A stretch of DNA of 64,000 nucleotides from assembly GCF_009914755.1 (NCBI RefSeq), contig NC_060943.1; one strand, 5' to 3'. Shown in pieces: positions 29,817 through 46,200 of the stretch. The notes under the pieces are model-generated. The model saw only the letters and a program-made list of their open reading frames with translations. It ran no database searches and had not been told where the DNA came from. The DNA comes from the human T2T-CHM13v2.0 reference genome, Homo sapiens. The stretch's first letter is position 1. The number at the start of each line of letters is the position of its first letter. Position numbers and translations under genes: made by a program.

Positions 29817-30254
29817 CTGCAGAAATGGTTCTGAGACCTCCAGACCACTGGGAGCCCAGGTACGGCCCTGTGGGACACCCCCTAGACAGAAGCTCACTCC
29901 CACACTCTCTGCACCCTCCCTTGAACCCCAAGGAACTAAATCAAGGTGGCATGGACCACACCACAGGCACCAGTGTGAGACACCCGCCCGGACCTTGCAG
30001 CGGTCCCCATCCAGGGACAGCAGCCAGGTGCCCAAAGCCCCTCCCCACACCTGTCCGGGTTCAGCAGCCTGGGTGGGGGCATCAGGACTGGCGAAACAAG
30101 GTCTCCTGGCCCCAGACACATGGGAGACCCATTCAGCTCCCAGAGTGGCTCTGATGGTTTCAGGGGGATTACGAGACCCCAGCACCTCTCCTGAGACGCC
30201 CCCAAGCTCAAGAATAAGCTTGCTCCAGGAGGCCCAGGCATGTCTGGCACTTAC

Positions 30255-30330
30255 CACCACTGCGGAGTCCTGCCTGGGTCCCATGACCTGCTGGCTAGTG
30301 AGGGAAGGAGGGGAGAAAATGACCTGACCA
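30255..30330 (-). other. PDE4C: Probable non-coding first exon of distal PDE4C transcripts (5' end approximate)
   Basis: Strong donor GTG|gtaagt at 30255/30254; purine/pyrimidine-skewed promoter-like tract upstream at 30480-30660. Confidence 0.5.
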
Positions 30331-30889
30331 AGAGGGAGGCCCAGGGCTCCCTCAACACCCACTCAGCGGAGCCCCTTAACTGTCTGGGCACCAGGCCAGG
30401 ACATAATCCACACACTTTCCTTGGGTGAGGCTCCCAGTGGGTGGAGGGCAGAGTGTCCAAGAGGGCCTGAGGGGACGAGAGAGTGGCCAAGAGGGTGGCC
30501 GGGCATGGAGGGGGAGGGGCGGGGAGGGCAGAGGAAGGAGGGGGGAAGGAGGGAAGGGAGGCGTAGGAGTGAGGAGGCTGGGTGAGAGGTGTTAAGATTA
30601 ATTGTTCATGTGTTTGCATATGATAGAGTGAGAGAGAGGGCGCGAAGGAAGATGGTGGTAGGGGACCAGCAGCTCTGGGAAGGGGGGGATTTTATCAACT
30701 CAGGGTCTAGGATATCTGCTTCCAAGCAGAGCCCATGGGGTGTGGCCTAAGGAGCTTGGGGGCTCCAGGAAAGTTGCCCGCTGTGCTGTGCCGCCCCGGG
30801 TAGATCAAAGACCCTCTCTGGTCATTGGCTGGGCGCGGTGGCTCACGCCTGTAATCCCAGCACTTTGGGAGGCGGAGGCGGGTGGATCA

Positions 30890-31107
<218 letters not shown>

Positions 31108-31446
31108 TTATTAAAAAAAAAAAAAAAAGAATGGCTTGAACCCAGGAGTCAGAGGCTGCAGTGAGCCAAGACTGCACTACTGCACTCCAGCCTAGGTGAC
31201 AGAGGGAGACTGTCTCAAAAAAGAAAAAAAGAGAGAGAGATGGGGTTTTGCCATTTTGCCCAATTTGGTCTCAAACTACCAAGCTCAAGCAATTCACCCA
31301 CCTCAGCTTCTCAAAGTGCTGAGATTACAGTGGTAAGCCACCATGCCCGGCACCCCCAGTTTTGTTTGTTTGTTTTGAGACAGGGTCTCACTCTGTCACC
31401 CAGACTAGAGTGCAGTGGTGCAATCTCAGCTTACCGCAACCTCTGA

Positions 31447-31674
<228 letters not shown>

Positions 31675-32136
31675 TGAGATGGAGTCTTGCTCTGTTGCCC
31701 AGGCTGGAGTACAATGGGGCGATCTCAGCTCACTGCAACCTCCGCCTCCCTGGTTCAAGCGATTCTCTGCCTCAGCCTCCTGAGTAGCTGGGATTACAGG
31801 CACCTGCCACCACGCTCAGCTAATTTTTGTATTTTTAGTACAGACAGAGTTTCGCCATGTTAGCCAGGCTGGTCTCAAACTCCTAAGCTCAGGAGATCTG
31901 CCCGCCTTGGCCTCCCAAAGTGCTGGGATTACAGGTGTGAACCACCGCACCCAGCCAAGTGAGCTCCTGATTCTTATCTGTCCCTGCCTTGAGTCTGTGG
32001 ATCCCCTGAAAGTAAAGACATGGTCCCCACTGTGACCCCAGCACAGAGCCCAGCACATAGTAGGTGCTCAGTTAATGTTTTCACACGAGTCCATAACTCG
32101 TGTTTTCACACGAGGCCTTGGATGAATGGTAGGGGC

Positions 32137-32142
32137 TTTATT
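32137..32142 (-). terminator. AATAAA poly(A) signal of the mucin-like gene
   Basis: tttatt on the plus strand about 70 nt past the TGA at 32214. Confidence 0.75.
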
Positions 32143-32213
32143 TCCTCAGGTTCTGCTCCTCCCCAGGAACCCCAGCCCCATCCATGCCCCCATCTCTGTT
32201 GGCTCCTCAGGGC

Positions 32214-32261
32214 TCACTCCTGGAGGTGGTGGGCAAAGGACAATCTGTCATTCACGGATCC
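32214..32261 (-). CDS. Mucin-like type I membrane protein, exon 4 (GSVNDRLSFAHHLQE*)
   Basis: gtgttccttcctcag| acceptor in phase 0, matching the exon 3 donor; TGA at 32216-32214. Confidence 0.8.
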   Translation of the reverse strand, partial: GSVNDRLSFAHHLQE

Positions 32262-32389
32262 CTGAGGAAGGAACACACAGGGAGGCATTCAGACACCAAA
32301 AGGCTCTGCAGCCCAGGTTGGCCCTGCTTGGGATAGCAGCTCCCCCAACCATGCCTTGGCCCCAGGGCTGAGCCCCCAGCCCAGCCCTA

Positions 32390-32692
<303 letters not shown>

Positions 32693-32709
32693 TTAATCAT
32701 GTATTTTAG

Positions 32710-32874
<165 letters not shown>

Positions 32875-32992
32875 TGAGACAGGGTCTTGCTCTGTCACAC
32901 AGGCTGGAGTGCAGTGACGTTATCTCAGCTTACTGTGACCTCCATCTCCAAGGATCTAGTGATCCTCTTACCTCAGCCTCCCCAGTAGCTGA

Positions 32993-33148
<156 letters not shown>

Positions 33149-33180
33149 TGAGCCCAGCCTAATTTTTAAATTTTATTTAA

Positions 33181-33753
<573 letters not shown>

Positions 33754-33760
33754 TGATACA

Positions 33761-33799
33761 CGCCCCCCCCGCCCCCGCCCCCGCCCCCGCCCCCGCCCT
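33761..33799. repeat. (GCCCCC)n hexamer tract inside an Alu
   Basis: cgccccccccgcccccgcccccgcccccgcccccgccc. Confidence 0.9.
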
Positions 33800-34151
33800 C
33801 GGCCTCCCAAAGTGCTGGGATTACAGGCTTGAGCCACCGCGCCCCGCCATTTTTAGATTTTTTTGTAGAGACAAAGTCCTGCTATTTTGCCCAGGCCCAA
33901 ATACATAATGTATAACCTGTCTCCCCACCACAGCAAGTATTAGTTTCTCTCTTTGCCCATCGCTGCGTGCCCAGCCGTGACATACACTAGGCACTTAATA
34001 AATGCGCATAGCATGAAGAGCTTTAGACAATGGAGCAGAGACAAGAAGCCCTTCCTAGAGCATTCTCGGGGCTGTACCTCCCCCTGGTGGTCAGTTCCAA
34101 AACTGCAGCCTGTTACACCCGCCACCTCCCTACAAACACCCAAATCTCTTA

Positions 34152-35018
<867 letters not shown>

Positions 35019-37306
35019 TAATTAATTTATTTTTTTGTCCAGGTCATAGGGAGACCTGAAAGATTTAGGACACCATGTGAGCTCTCAGTGGGAAACTGAA
35101 GCTCCCACTCAAATTCATGCTCCTGGTCTGAAGTCCCACAGCCTGGGTTCAAGTGCAGATCAGCGTTCCCAGTCCTCTTGGCTGAGAGCTCTAGAAGCCC
35201 TTTGGATATGGGAAGTGACTGCATCCCAGGCAGTGCTGGGCAGCTCCTTTAAATTTTCTGGGACTCAGTTTTCTTTTCTGTAAAATGGAGTTCATGTGGA
35301 GTTGGTGCCTCTGACAGTTCATCAGTCAGGTTCATAGTGGGTGTACACAAGCTGGGTGCTCCCAGCTACTGGGGAGGCTGAGGCGGGAGGATTGCCTGAC
35401 CCCAGGAATTCAAGGCTGTAGTGCGCCATGATTGCGCCACTGCACTCCTGCCTGGGAGACATAATGAGACCTTGTCTCTACAAAAAAATAAAACAAAAAT
35501 TAGCCAGGCATGGTGGTGCATGCCTAGTCCCAGCTACTCAGGAGGCTGAGGTGGGAGGATCGCTTGAGTCCAGGAGTTCAAGGCTGCAGTAAGCCATGAT
35601 CATGCCACTGAACTCCAGCCTAGGCAACAGAGTGAGACTCCGTCTCAAAAAAAAAAAAAACACACACACACACAATAGAATAGAAACACAGTGGGTGCAC
35701 AGTGACACTCAACTATAAAGATCCACCTATGAGCTCAGAGAGGATCAGCCCTAATTTTCTCCAGGTAGCCCTAGGCTAACCTCAACTTTAATGGAAGACA
35801 CAAAGACACAGGCGCTGGGAACATGTCTCCGGAACCCACCCTTCTACGTGTTGGTCCAGCTACTTCCTGGCTCACATCCCATCCCAGGCATGGAGTCCAG
35901 GGACCAGGCTGAGGGCAGGTAAGCAGTTCATGAGCCACCTCCCACAACGACTTCCCACCCAGTTCCAGGTGACTGGGCCTCTTAGGCACTTACAAGTTCA
36001 TTCATCAACTCTCTGCTCCACCCATGCACTCTGCTCTGGGCCAAACTTTGTGCTTCCTCCTTGACTCACCCTAGGCAGCAGAAATGCGGAAATAACACAC
36101 AACACTGGCCCTGAGAGGGGGCTGGGTCCACATGCCACCCTCCCCAGATCTCTATGTAGCCCCCCAGGCCCTGTGGGGATGACGGCTGAGTCTAGAAGAG
36201 GCATGGAACTCAGGCTGGGCTTCATCCCCATTTGACAGATGAGAAACTGAGGCTCAGAGTAGCAGAGGGTCTGGCCTGAGGTGACTGGGGAGCTGGGAAG
36301 AACGCCCCTCAAGGACCCTTGTCCTCTGTTTCTGCTGAAATGAAGATGATTCAGAGGCCAGAGTGGACCCCAAGCCAAGTCAGAATTCTGGGGAGCTGAG
36401 TGCTTAGTGAACTGAGGAAAAGCTGTGGACTTGAAAAAGGAAGAGTTGGAGGACACAAGCCCTGTTGAGTGCCTGGCACTGAGTAGGCACTGGTGAGCTG
36501 CTGAAGGGTTGACCAGAAGGTAAAAATAAAGATGTTTCTAGGCACTGTGCTGGGTGTTTGCTCTCCCCAGAGACTCCTAGACTGGGAGGCTCACATGAGC
36601 CAAGTCAACCAGTTCTAATCTGGGTCTGGGACAAGCTGGACTGAGCCTCAGTTTCCTGAGCTATGAAATGGGGATAAAAGTGGTGCCTTCTGAATGAAAC
36701 CCTTCCCTGCAATGAGCATTTCAGCAGCCATGGTGGCCTCTGCTCTGCTATTACAGGTCTGTGGGGTAGGACACCGGTCAGAGAGAGTGACAACATAGTG
36801 GCAGGTAAAGGGCAGAAAAAGGGAATGCGAGAAGCTCAAGGCTCCTCCCCTCCACCCTAGGCACTGTCTTATAGGAGAGCAAGAGGGAATTAAGTCAGAC
36901 ACCCAGAAGAACTTCTCATGGGAACCACAGATGTTTGATGACCAGGAAGTGAGTCCCTGTTCCCTGGAACCCCCATGGCCCTGAGGTCTTCACCATTCTC
37001 CCTTTGGGGATTGGCTAAAAGCAACAGATTTGAAAAGGAGCCCAAAAGTAGGTGTGAGGCCATCTGTGGCCTCCAGCAGGTTCAGGGCTCACTGGAGTTG
37101 CAGGACCCACAGCCCCAGGGCTTGGGAGCAGCGGTGCCTCATCTGTCCTCACAGCTGCTCCGTTTGTTTCTGGGGGAAAAGCCAGCCTTCCTCGGAGGGT
37201 TGGCGGACCAGCGTGGCCTGAGGGAGGGGTCCAGAAGCCAGGTGTGTGACTGGGCTGTGCGTCCCCCACCCCCACCCTTCCGCTTTCTGGAAGCTGAGCC
37301 TCTTTA

Positions 37307-37666
<360 letters not shown>

Positions 37667-37903
37667 CTAAAGACACCCTGCCCCTGCCGTCCTCTTTCCC
37701 CCTGCTCCTGGTTCCACAGCTGCCCAAACCCCTGCTGTCACTCCCTCTGCCCCTCGTCCAGCCAGGTTGTCCCCTCTGGGAGCACCAATTTCTCCCACCT
37801 CCCTCCGATCCCTGAACCCACAGGGCTGGGGATGTCCTTGTTCTCTGTCCTCGTCCTCCTCTGTCCTCTGTCTCACCCAGACTGGGGCCTTTTGGGGACA
37901 TGA

Positions 37904-38862
<959 letters not shown>

Positions 38863-39210
38863 CATCCTGTAGGATTTTTTAGGGGTGAGGGACTTGAGGT
38901 GAGTGCTCTGGGCCAGGTCCCAGGCACATTTCTAGAGTGCACTGGGGACAGTTTCCATCTGGGACGGGCTGGACACCACCCCACTACCTGTACGTGGATA
39001 TGGCAGAGGCACAGCTGAGACCACATTGGCAGTGCCTGACCTCCAGGAAAGATTTGAGGTCCCCATGCTGGCCACAGACCCCAGATGCATACTGCATGGT
39101 TGGTAACTTCAGAGTTCTCTTCCCTCTGGGATGTTCCAGATTCCCCCACTATACCCAAGCCACTTCCATTAACCCAGAACACATCACCCAAGATCTAGGC
39201 TGTGGAGGAC

Positions 39211-39216
39211 TTTATT
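39211..39216 (-). terminator. IQCN: IQCN AATAAA poly(A) signal
   Basis: tttatt on the plus strand about 60 nt past the stop at 39278. Confidence 0.85.
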
Positions 39217-39277
39217 CATTAGACCCAGAGAGCCATGAGTGCCTCCCACGAAGTCCCCACTGCAGGGAGCCAGGGTC

Positions 39278-40204
39278 CTAGATGCCAGGCCAATGCATGT
39301 GCCGTGAGCTGGCCGAGGGGTCTGCTGGTCCCAAGAGCGCCTCTGTGTTCTTCAGACAGCTCCGGGTATGGTGGCCTCGCCAGGTGGCTTGAACTATCTT
39401 CGCTGCCATTTGCTGCTGCCTCATCTGCTGGCGGATCTTAAAGCCCCTCCAGGCGGACTGGATGGCTGTGGCCGCTTTGTCCTGGCGATGCGGCTGCCTG
39501 GGACTCAGGGCAGCCAGCTGGTAGGCGGAGGCCCAAGACACTGCCCCGGGGCCCTCAGTGCCCTGGCCCATGCCCTGCACCACACGGGTGGGCTGTGTGC
39601 GTCCACAGGTATGACAGGTGCGAGGGCTGGAGCCCACTAGCATCACCACGCTGGGCGGGCTCCCGATCCTGGAGCTCAGGGAGTGGCAGACGCTGCAAGC
39701 GTGTGCCTGGCAGGACTGGAAGCAGCGATGGTCAGATACTGTCCTGGCTCTGCCATCCTGGAACCAGCTTCGGTCAGACATGACCCCGGCCCGGCTGCCC
39801 AGCTCCACCCACGTGACGGGGTGGAGCATCTGCCAGTGCCGGGCTTGGTCCCGGCGGGTGCTGTAGCCGCGCCAGGCAGACTGGATGGTCGTGGTGGCTC
39901 TGCAGAGGTGTGCCAGGTTCCGCCGCACACGGTAGCCGCGCCAAGTAGCTTGGATGACCATGGCCCCCCGGTGCCACAGCCGGATCCTGCGACGCGCCAG
40001 GTAGCCACGGACGCCCGCCTGGATAGTGATCACTGCGAGGATGCGGATCTCCTCTGCAGCCTGCATGGACACCATTGGCTCCCCGGACCGCCTGGGAGGC
40101 ACCACCGCCTTGTTGCGCCAGGTGTCCCAGGACGCAGCACCCCTGGCTGGCTCCCATGCGCGGTTCCACGATTGGCCACCAACCACACCAGCGTCCGCGG
40201 GGCC
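39278..40204 (-). CDS. IQCN: IQCN terminal coding exon (308 aa, five IQ motifs)
   Basis: actatactccag|GGC acceptor; IQAGVRG, IQATWRG, IQSAWRG (twice) and VQATWRG motifs; TAG at 39280-39278. Confidence 0.93.
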   Translation of the reverse strand, partial: GPADAGVVGGQSWNRAWEPARGAASWDTWRNKAVVPPRRSGEPMVSMQAAEEIRILAVITIQAGVRGYLARRRIRLWHRGAMVIQATWRGYRVRRNLAHLCRATTTIQSAWRGYSTRRDQARHWQMLHPVTWVELGSRAGVMSDRSWFQDGRARTVSDHRCFQSCQAHACSVCHSLSSRIGSPPSVVMLVGSSPRTCHTCGRTQPTRVVQGMGQGTEGPGAVSWASAYQLAALSPRQPHRQDKAATAIQSAWRGFKIRQQMRQQQMAAKIVQATWRGHHTRSCLKNTEALLGPADPSASSRHMHWPGI

Positions 40205-43200
40205 CTGGAGTATAGTGGAGTTCAGGGATGCCTTGTGACTAACGGCAGGATTCTGGGGGCTATAGGAGTCCTGCCGTCTCCACGGTGACTCCTGGTTAAA
40301 AAGGGGTGGCAGGGAACCACTTGGGGAAGACTCATAGCCTAGAGACACCCTCCGAACTCCCGGGGCCAGCGGAGGAATGACCGAGGAGTGTGTCATCTCC
40401 CCAGTGCGGATGACGGGCCTTACCTCTGCAGAGGGCCTGTGGGTGGGGTTTGCACCACTTCGGGCTGAGGCCTGGGATGGTTGTCTTTGCACATACTGTA
40501 AGGGCCTAACCCTGGCCACAGAACTTTCTAGCAGTTCTGGAACAATCCTACCATGCACGGATCTGTAGGAATTTTTAGGGCCCATGGCGTCCCAGCGGCT
40601 GCTCGGAGCCATGTTTCCAGACACTGTTTTCTGGAGTGGATTGGGGACAGCTTCTGTCTGGAAGGGACTGGACAATGCCCTTCTAGCCGAGGACGGATAT
40701 AGTGGCACATGTGAGACCATGCTGGTGGTCCCTGACCTCTGAAGAAGACTAGGATTCCCCATCCTGCCCACAGACACTGAAAGCAATCTGAAAGCCTCAG
40801 TACTGCCACGGGCCAGCTGGGGTGATCCTGAGACTACATTAGAAGCCACTGTACCCTGAGAGTGATTTGGGGGTATGACGTGAGTGACAGACCCCTGTTG
40901 ATAAACTGAGGGGGACTTAGTGGCTAAACCCGGGGCCTGGAAAGGGACAGGGACCATGCCACTAGCATGGCTGGGAGCCACCTCCCTTGGGGAAGAGACC
41001 CTTTCTCAGACAGGGACCTATGATCATGGCCCCCATCAGCTCCCAGAGGACTGGAGTACATCCACTGGGTTGCACCAGTGACCCTGGCTTTGCTGAATAG
41101 GTCATTGGATCCACTTGATCCTGACACTTGGAACACAGCCTCATCCAATTCTCCTAGCTTGGCTTGGTCCCCTGTGACCCCAGATGGCATTATCCTAGCA
41201 TCTTGGCTCAATTGTAAGGCTCTTGATAGAACCGTGGGCACTCGGTGTAGACTCCTCACTGTGCCACTAGCTGCCGGGGCTGAGGAGTGACCTGGAGCCA
41301 GACTGGTGGTGTGGGGCATCTGCAAGGGGGCTAAAGACCTCTCCCCAGCCAGGGCTTTGAGGTAAGGAGGGGCAGTGATGTCAATCACCATGGGCCCCTT
41401 GGAGCAGCTCTGAGCCACACTAGAGGCCCCCATCATTGGCACAGAACCAGGGGGGACAACTGGGCTCACCCGACTCACTACTGAACCTGGGAGCAAGTTT
41501 GGAGCAGCTAAGCTAGCGGAGGGTCTTACAGATAGACTTGGCTTCTTTCTGTCTGCCATCAGACTGGGAGCCACCCAACTGGACACAGAGCCTGCGGGAA
41601 GGCTGTGACCCATGCCTCGGATGGTGGAGCCCGGGGGAAGGCTGGAGGTTATGCCACCAGGCAGAGTGCCTGGGACTGCGCCCGTGCTCATTCTACTGGC
41701 TACAAAACCTCCTGCCGCACCACGACCAGCCCTGCTCTTCAGAGAGTCCTGCGGAATCACATCTCTCTGCTGGTAACTGGGTGGGACCATGGATGCCTCA
41801 GAAGGGTGCCAGCAGTCTATGTTTTTTGGAATAACCACACTGATCTGGGAGCTGCTGGGGTCCATGCTGTTCAGGGAAAGATTAGACTGAGTCACGGCCA
41901 GTCTGTTGGGCACTGAAGCCAGAGAGGGGCTGGGGGCCATCCCTGTGGTTCCAGAGGGATGTGTCAAAGGGCCACCTGCCTCTAAGACCTGGGATGCAAG
42001 GGAAGCCATGCCATTGGCCACCTGACATTGACTTTGGCCCATGCCAGTTGCTATGGTTCTCCAGGGGAGATTCCCAGCTAGGCCAGGAGATGTGGTCCCC
42101 TGAGACCCACTGGGGAACATAGCATCAGCCAAAGGCTCCTGGGGATGGCTTACAGCCACACCCCTGAACAGAGGCGTGATTCACTGGCCTACACAACAGG
42201 CCTCCTCATCAGCATGAGAGAGATTTGGTGTTGAAACACTAACCACAGAGGGTGGACACACATGCCTCCCACCAACCCTGGGTGGATGATGGAACCCAAG
42301 GGACACGTCGTTGAACTTGAAGTCCGGGGGGCTGGATACCATCTCACTAACCATCAGAGGTTCTTCACATAGGTTCACCCCAGTACCCAGGGATGGCTGG
42401 TTCAGACCCTGGTCCATATTTCCAGCCACAGAGGGATATGGTCCACCCAGGCTAACTGAAACAAACGCTGATGGGTGACACAGACACGGGGCTACTGAGT
42501 CCACCCTTGAACACTGCAGATTTGAATCCAGCCTAGAGCCCCAGCATGGCTCATTGAGGCCATGACATGTACCACTGACCACAGATGGCTGGGATCGGCT
42601 TGGGGCCAACCTAGTGTCCGGGGGTGACTGAGCCAGGCTTAGGGCTTCCGTGTGGGCCACAGATGGTGGGAATAGGCTGGGGGCTATAGCTGGCTCGGCT
42701 AGGCTGGAGGCTAGGGTACAGGATGAATTTGTCTTGCCTGGACTGGAGGCCACAGATGGTTGGGCTTGCCTTGGGGATACTGCAGTGGTCTGAGATGGGT
42801 GGGCTAGGCTGGAGCCCGCCCCACTGGCCACATATGGGTGAGCTAGACTTGGAGACAACCCATGGGGTCCTGATGGGTGGGCTAGGCTTGGGGACACACC
42901 AATGGCTTGAGATGGCTGGGCTGGGCTTAAGGACACCACACAGGTCATAGGTTGGTGGGCTAGCCTTGAAGACATCCCTGTGGCTTGAGACGGCTGGGCT
43001 AGGCTTGGGGATACACCACAGGCCATAGGTTGATGAGCTGGTCTTAAGGGCACTGCAGTGGTGGCCTGAGATAGCTGGGCAAGGCTTGGGGACACCTCAC
43101 TGGGCATAGATCGATGAACCTGGCTTGGGGACACCATACAGGTCATAGATGCATGAGCTCTGCTAGGGGACATCCTGCTGGTTATAGATGCGTGAGCTTG

Positions 43201-46200
43201 GTTTGGGGACACCCTGGAGGCCACTGGTGGGTAATCTTGTCTAGGGGACATCCCACTGGCTTGAGATGGCTGGGCTAGGCTTGAGGAAACCCTACTGGCC
43301 ACAGATTGGTGGGCTACACTTGGGGACACCCCAGTGGCCTGAGATGGCCAGGTCAAGCTTGGGGATTCCCCAGTGGACTGAGGAGGCTGGGCCAGGCTTG
43401 GAGACTCCCGAATGGCCATAGATGGGTGAGCTAGGGTTGGGGACACTCCAATGGTGTGAAATGGCATGGCTAGGCTTGGGGACACTCCAATGGTCTGAGA
43501 TGGCATGGCTAGGCTTGGGGACACTCCAATAGTCTGAGATGACATGGCTAGGCTTGGGGACACTCTGATGGTCAGAGATGGCTGGGTCAGGCTTGGAGAC
43601 TCCCCAGTGGGCTGAGATGGGTAGGCTGGGCTTGGGGACATCTCAGTGGGCTGAGATGGGTAGGCTGGGCTTGGGGACTCCCCAGTGACCACAGATGGGT
43701 CGCCTGGGCTTGGGGACACCTCAGTGGCCATAAATGGGTAGGCTGGGCTTGGGAACACCTCAGTGCGCTGATATGACTGGGCCAGGCTTGGAGACTCCCC
43801 AGTGACCACAGATGGGTAGGCTGAGCTTGGGGACACCTCAGTGGGCTGAGATGGCTGGGCAAGGCTAGGGGACTCCCCAGTGGCCACACATGGATAGTCT
43901 GGGCTTGGGGACACCTCAGTGGGCTGAAATGGGTAGCCTGGGCTTGGGGACACCTCAGTGGCCATAGATAGGTAGCCTGAGCTTGGGGACATCTCAGTAG
44001 GCTGAGATGAGTAGTCTGGGCTTGGGGACACTTCAGTGGCCACAGATAGGTAGCCTGAGCTTGGGGACACCTCAGTGAGCTGAGATGGGTAGCCTGGGCT
44101 TGGGGACACCTCAGTGGCCACAGATAGGTAGCCTGAGCTTGGGGATATCTCAGTGGGCTGATATGGGTAGGTTGGGCTTGGGGACACCTCAGTGGCCACA
44201 GATGGGTATTCTGGGCTTGGGGACATCTCAATGGCCATAGATAGGTAGCCTGGGTTTGGGGACACCTCAGTGGGCTGATATGAGTAGGCTGCACTTGGGG
44301 ACACCTCAGTGAGCTGATATGGGTGGGCTGGGCTTGGAGATACCTCAGTGGGCTGAAATGGCTGTGCCAGGGTTGGGTACTCCCTAATGGCCTGAGATGG
44401 GTAGGTTGGACTTGGGGACACCTCAGTGGGCTGAAATGGCTGAGCCAGCATTGGGTACTCCCCAACAGACTGAGATGGGTAGTCTGGACTTGGAGACACC
44501 CCAAAGGCTTGAGATGGCTGGGCCAGATTTGAGGTTACCCCAGGGGCTTGAGATGGCTGGGCTAGGCTTGAGGGCTCCCCACTGTCCATAGATGGCTGGG
44601 CTAGGTTTTGGGACCCCCAGTTAGCCATTGATTGGTGACCTTGGTCTGAGGCCACTCTAAAGGTCCTTGATGGGTGTCCTCGGCTTGGGGACCTCCTAGT
44701 CACCACAGATGGCTGTGCTGGTCTTGGTGTCACTCTATTAGGCACAGAGGAGTGTGGTAGCCTTGGGGTCACCCAATTACCCATAGATGGGCAGGTTAGC
44801 CTTGGGGATACCTTACTGGATGCTATATGCTGGGATAGGCTTGGGGCCAGCCTACTGAACCCTGATGCCTGGCCTAGGTTTGGGGCTACCCTACTGGCCA
44901 GTGTAGCCTGGGACACAATTGGGGCCAAGCTCTTGGCCACAGATGGTGGCTTATATGCAGTGGAGACCACAGTACCTAAAGACAGAGTCCTCCTCAGCTC
45001 TGTCTTGACGGTTGCCTGGGACACCTCAATCAGATTCACAGAGCTCTTGCCTAAGGAGAACTTGTGGATCTCAGCCTCTGAGCCCCAGTGAACACGCAAG
45101 GTCAAGCAGTTAGACACTGAGCTGTGTTGGAAACTGGGCACTTTCTCCGAGGCTGGAGTGGGCCGGTAGGGGAAGTGTAGGGTCATGTACCTATAGCCGG
45201 TTTCAGTCTCTTGCGTATCCTTAAACCTCTGGAGTGTCCCCATGGACTCCGGAGGAAAAACAGACTTCACCGCAAGGTCCCCTTCTAAACTGCTTTCCCG
45301 TGACTCATCTATCTTGTTGACGGCAGGCAGGCTGGCCACAGACATAGTGGAAAGGCTGAGGGAACTAGAACTTTGCAGAGAGCTTTCGGAATTGTTCTCC
45401 TGACTGTAGGTCACAAAGCCCTGGGAGAAGCTCCTGGCCAGGTCACCGTCTCGATCCTGTGGCAAACCACCTACTGGCTCACCGAGGATGGATGGCTGGT
45501 GGTCTGTTGCTAGCTTCTGGGGGCAGAGCAGGGCAGACACAGAACCCTGTGTTCGATTCCTCCCCTGTCCACAGACAGATGTCTTGGGACGAACTTGAGC
45601 CAATGCACTGCCGGGGGAAGCTTGAAACAGACCATGAGTCTTGGATGCCTGAGTTTTGGTCACCATGGTGACCTGCAAGGGACTTGGGGCCCCCTTGTCT
45701 ATCACCTCCCTAGTACCCGGGGGGGCCTGTTTGCGATTTGGGGGCTGATACCTCCTCCCCAGGCTCTCCCTGGAAGCCCTGGATGCCTGCTGCTGGCCTC
45801 TGGCCACTAAGGGTTGGTAGAGACCACGATGTACCCCTGAGGACTGACACCAAGGCAGGCCCCCACAGGTGAGGTAAGGCTGGTGAACATGGGCAGCCCT
45901 CCCACCACCCACGCTGCAAGGAAGCCTACCCGAGGCCACCCTGCCCTCCCTGGTCGATAGATAAGAGGCCACCCTGCTGACCACATGTGGCCTGTGGCAG
46001 CTCGGGGCTGTGCCATAGATCACAGAGGGCTGGTTCATGCTTGGGCCCACACAGTTGGCAATGAGAGGCTGCCACAGACTCGGGGGTGGCTGCATGTGGG
46101 ACAGCTTGAGCAAACTGGGGCCCTCCCCACTCCCCTCGGGGTTAAAATCTGATGCCAATGTGCCAGGCTCCAGGGTCGGGCATGCTTCTTCCTTTTGGAA

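Noticed and set aside
29725-30362. Overlapping ~200-aa ORFs on both strands near the distal PDE4C exons
   Set aside because: No domain or compositional signal; explained by GC-rich promoter and intron sequence.
43587-44504. 305-aa Cys-rich alternative-frame ORF (LRCPQAQPTHL repeats)
   Set aside because: By-product of the homogeneous 39-bp repeat lacking stops in that frame; confined to the repeat core.
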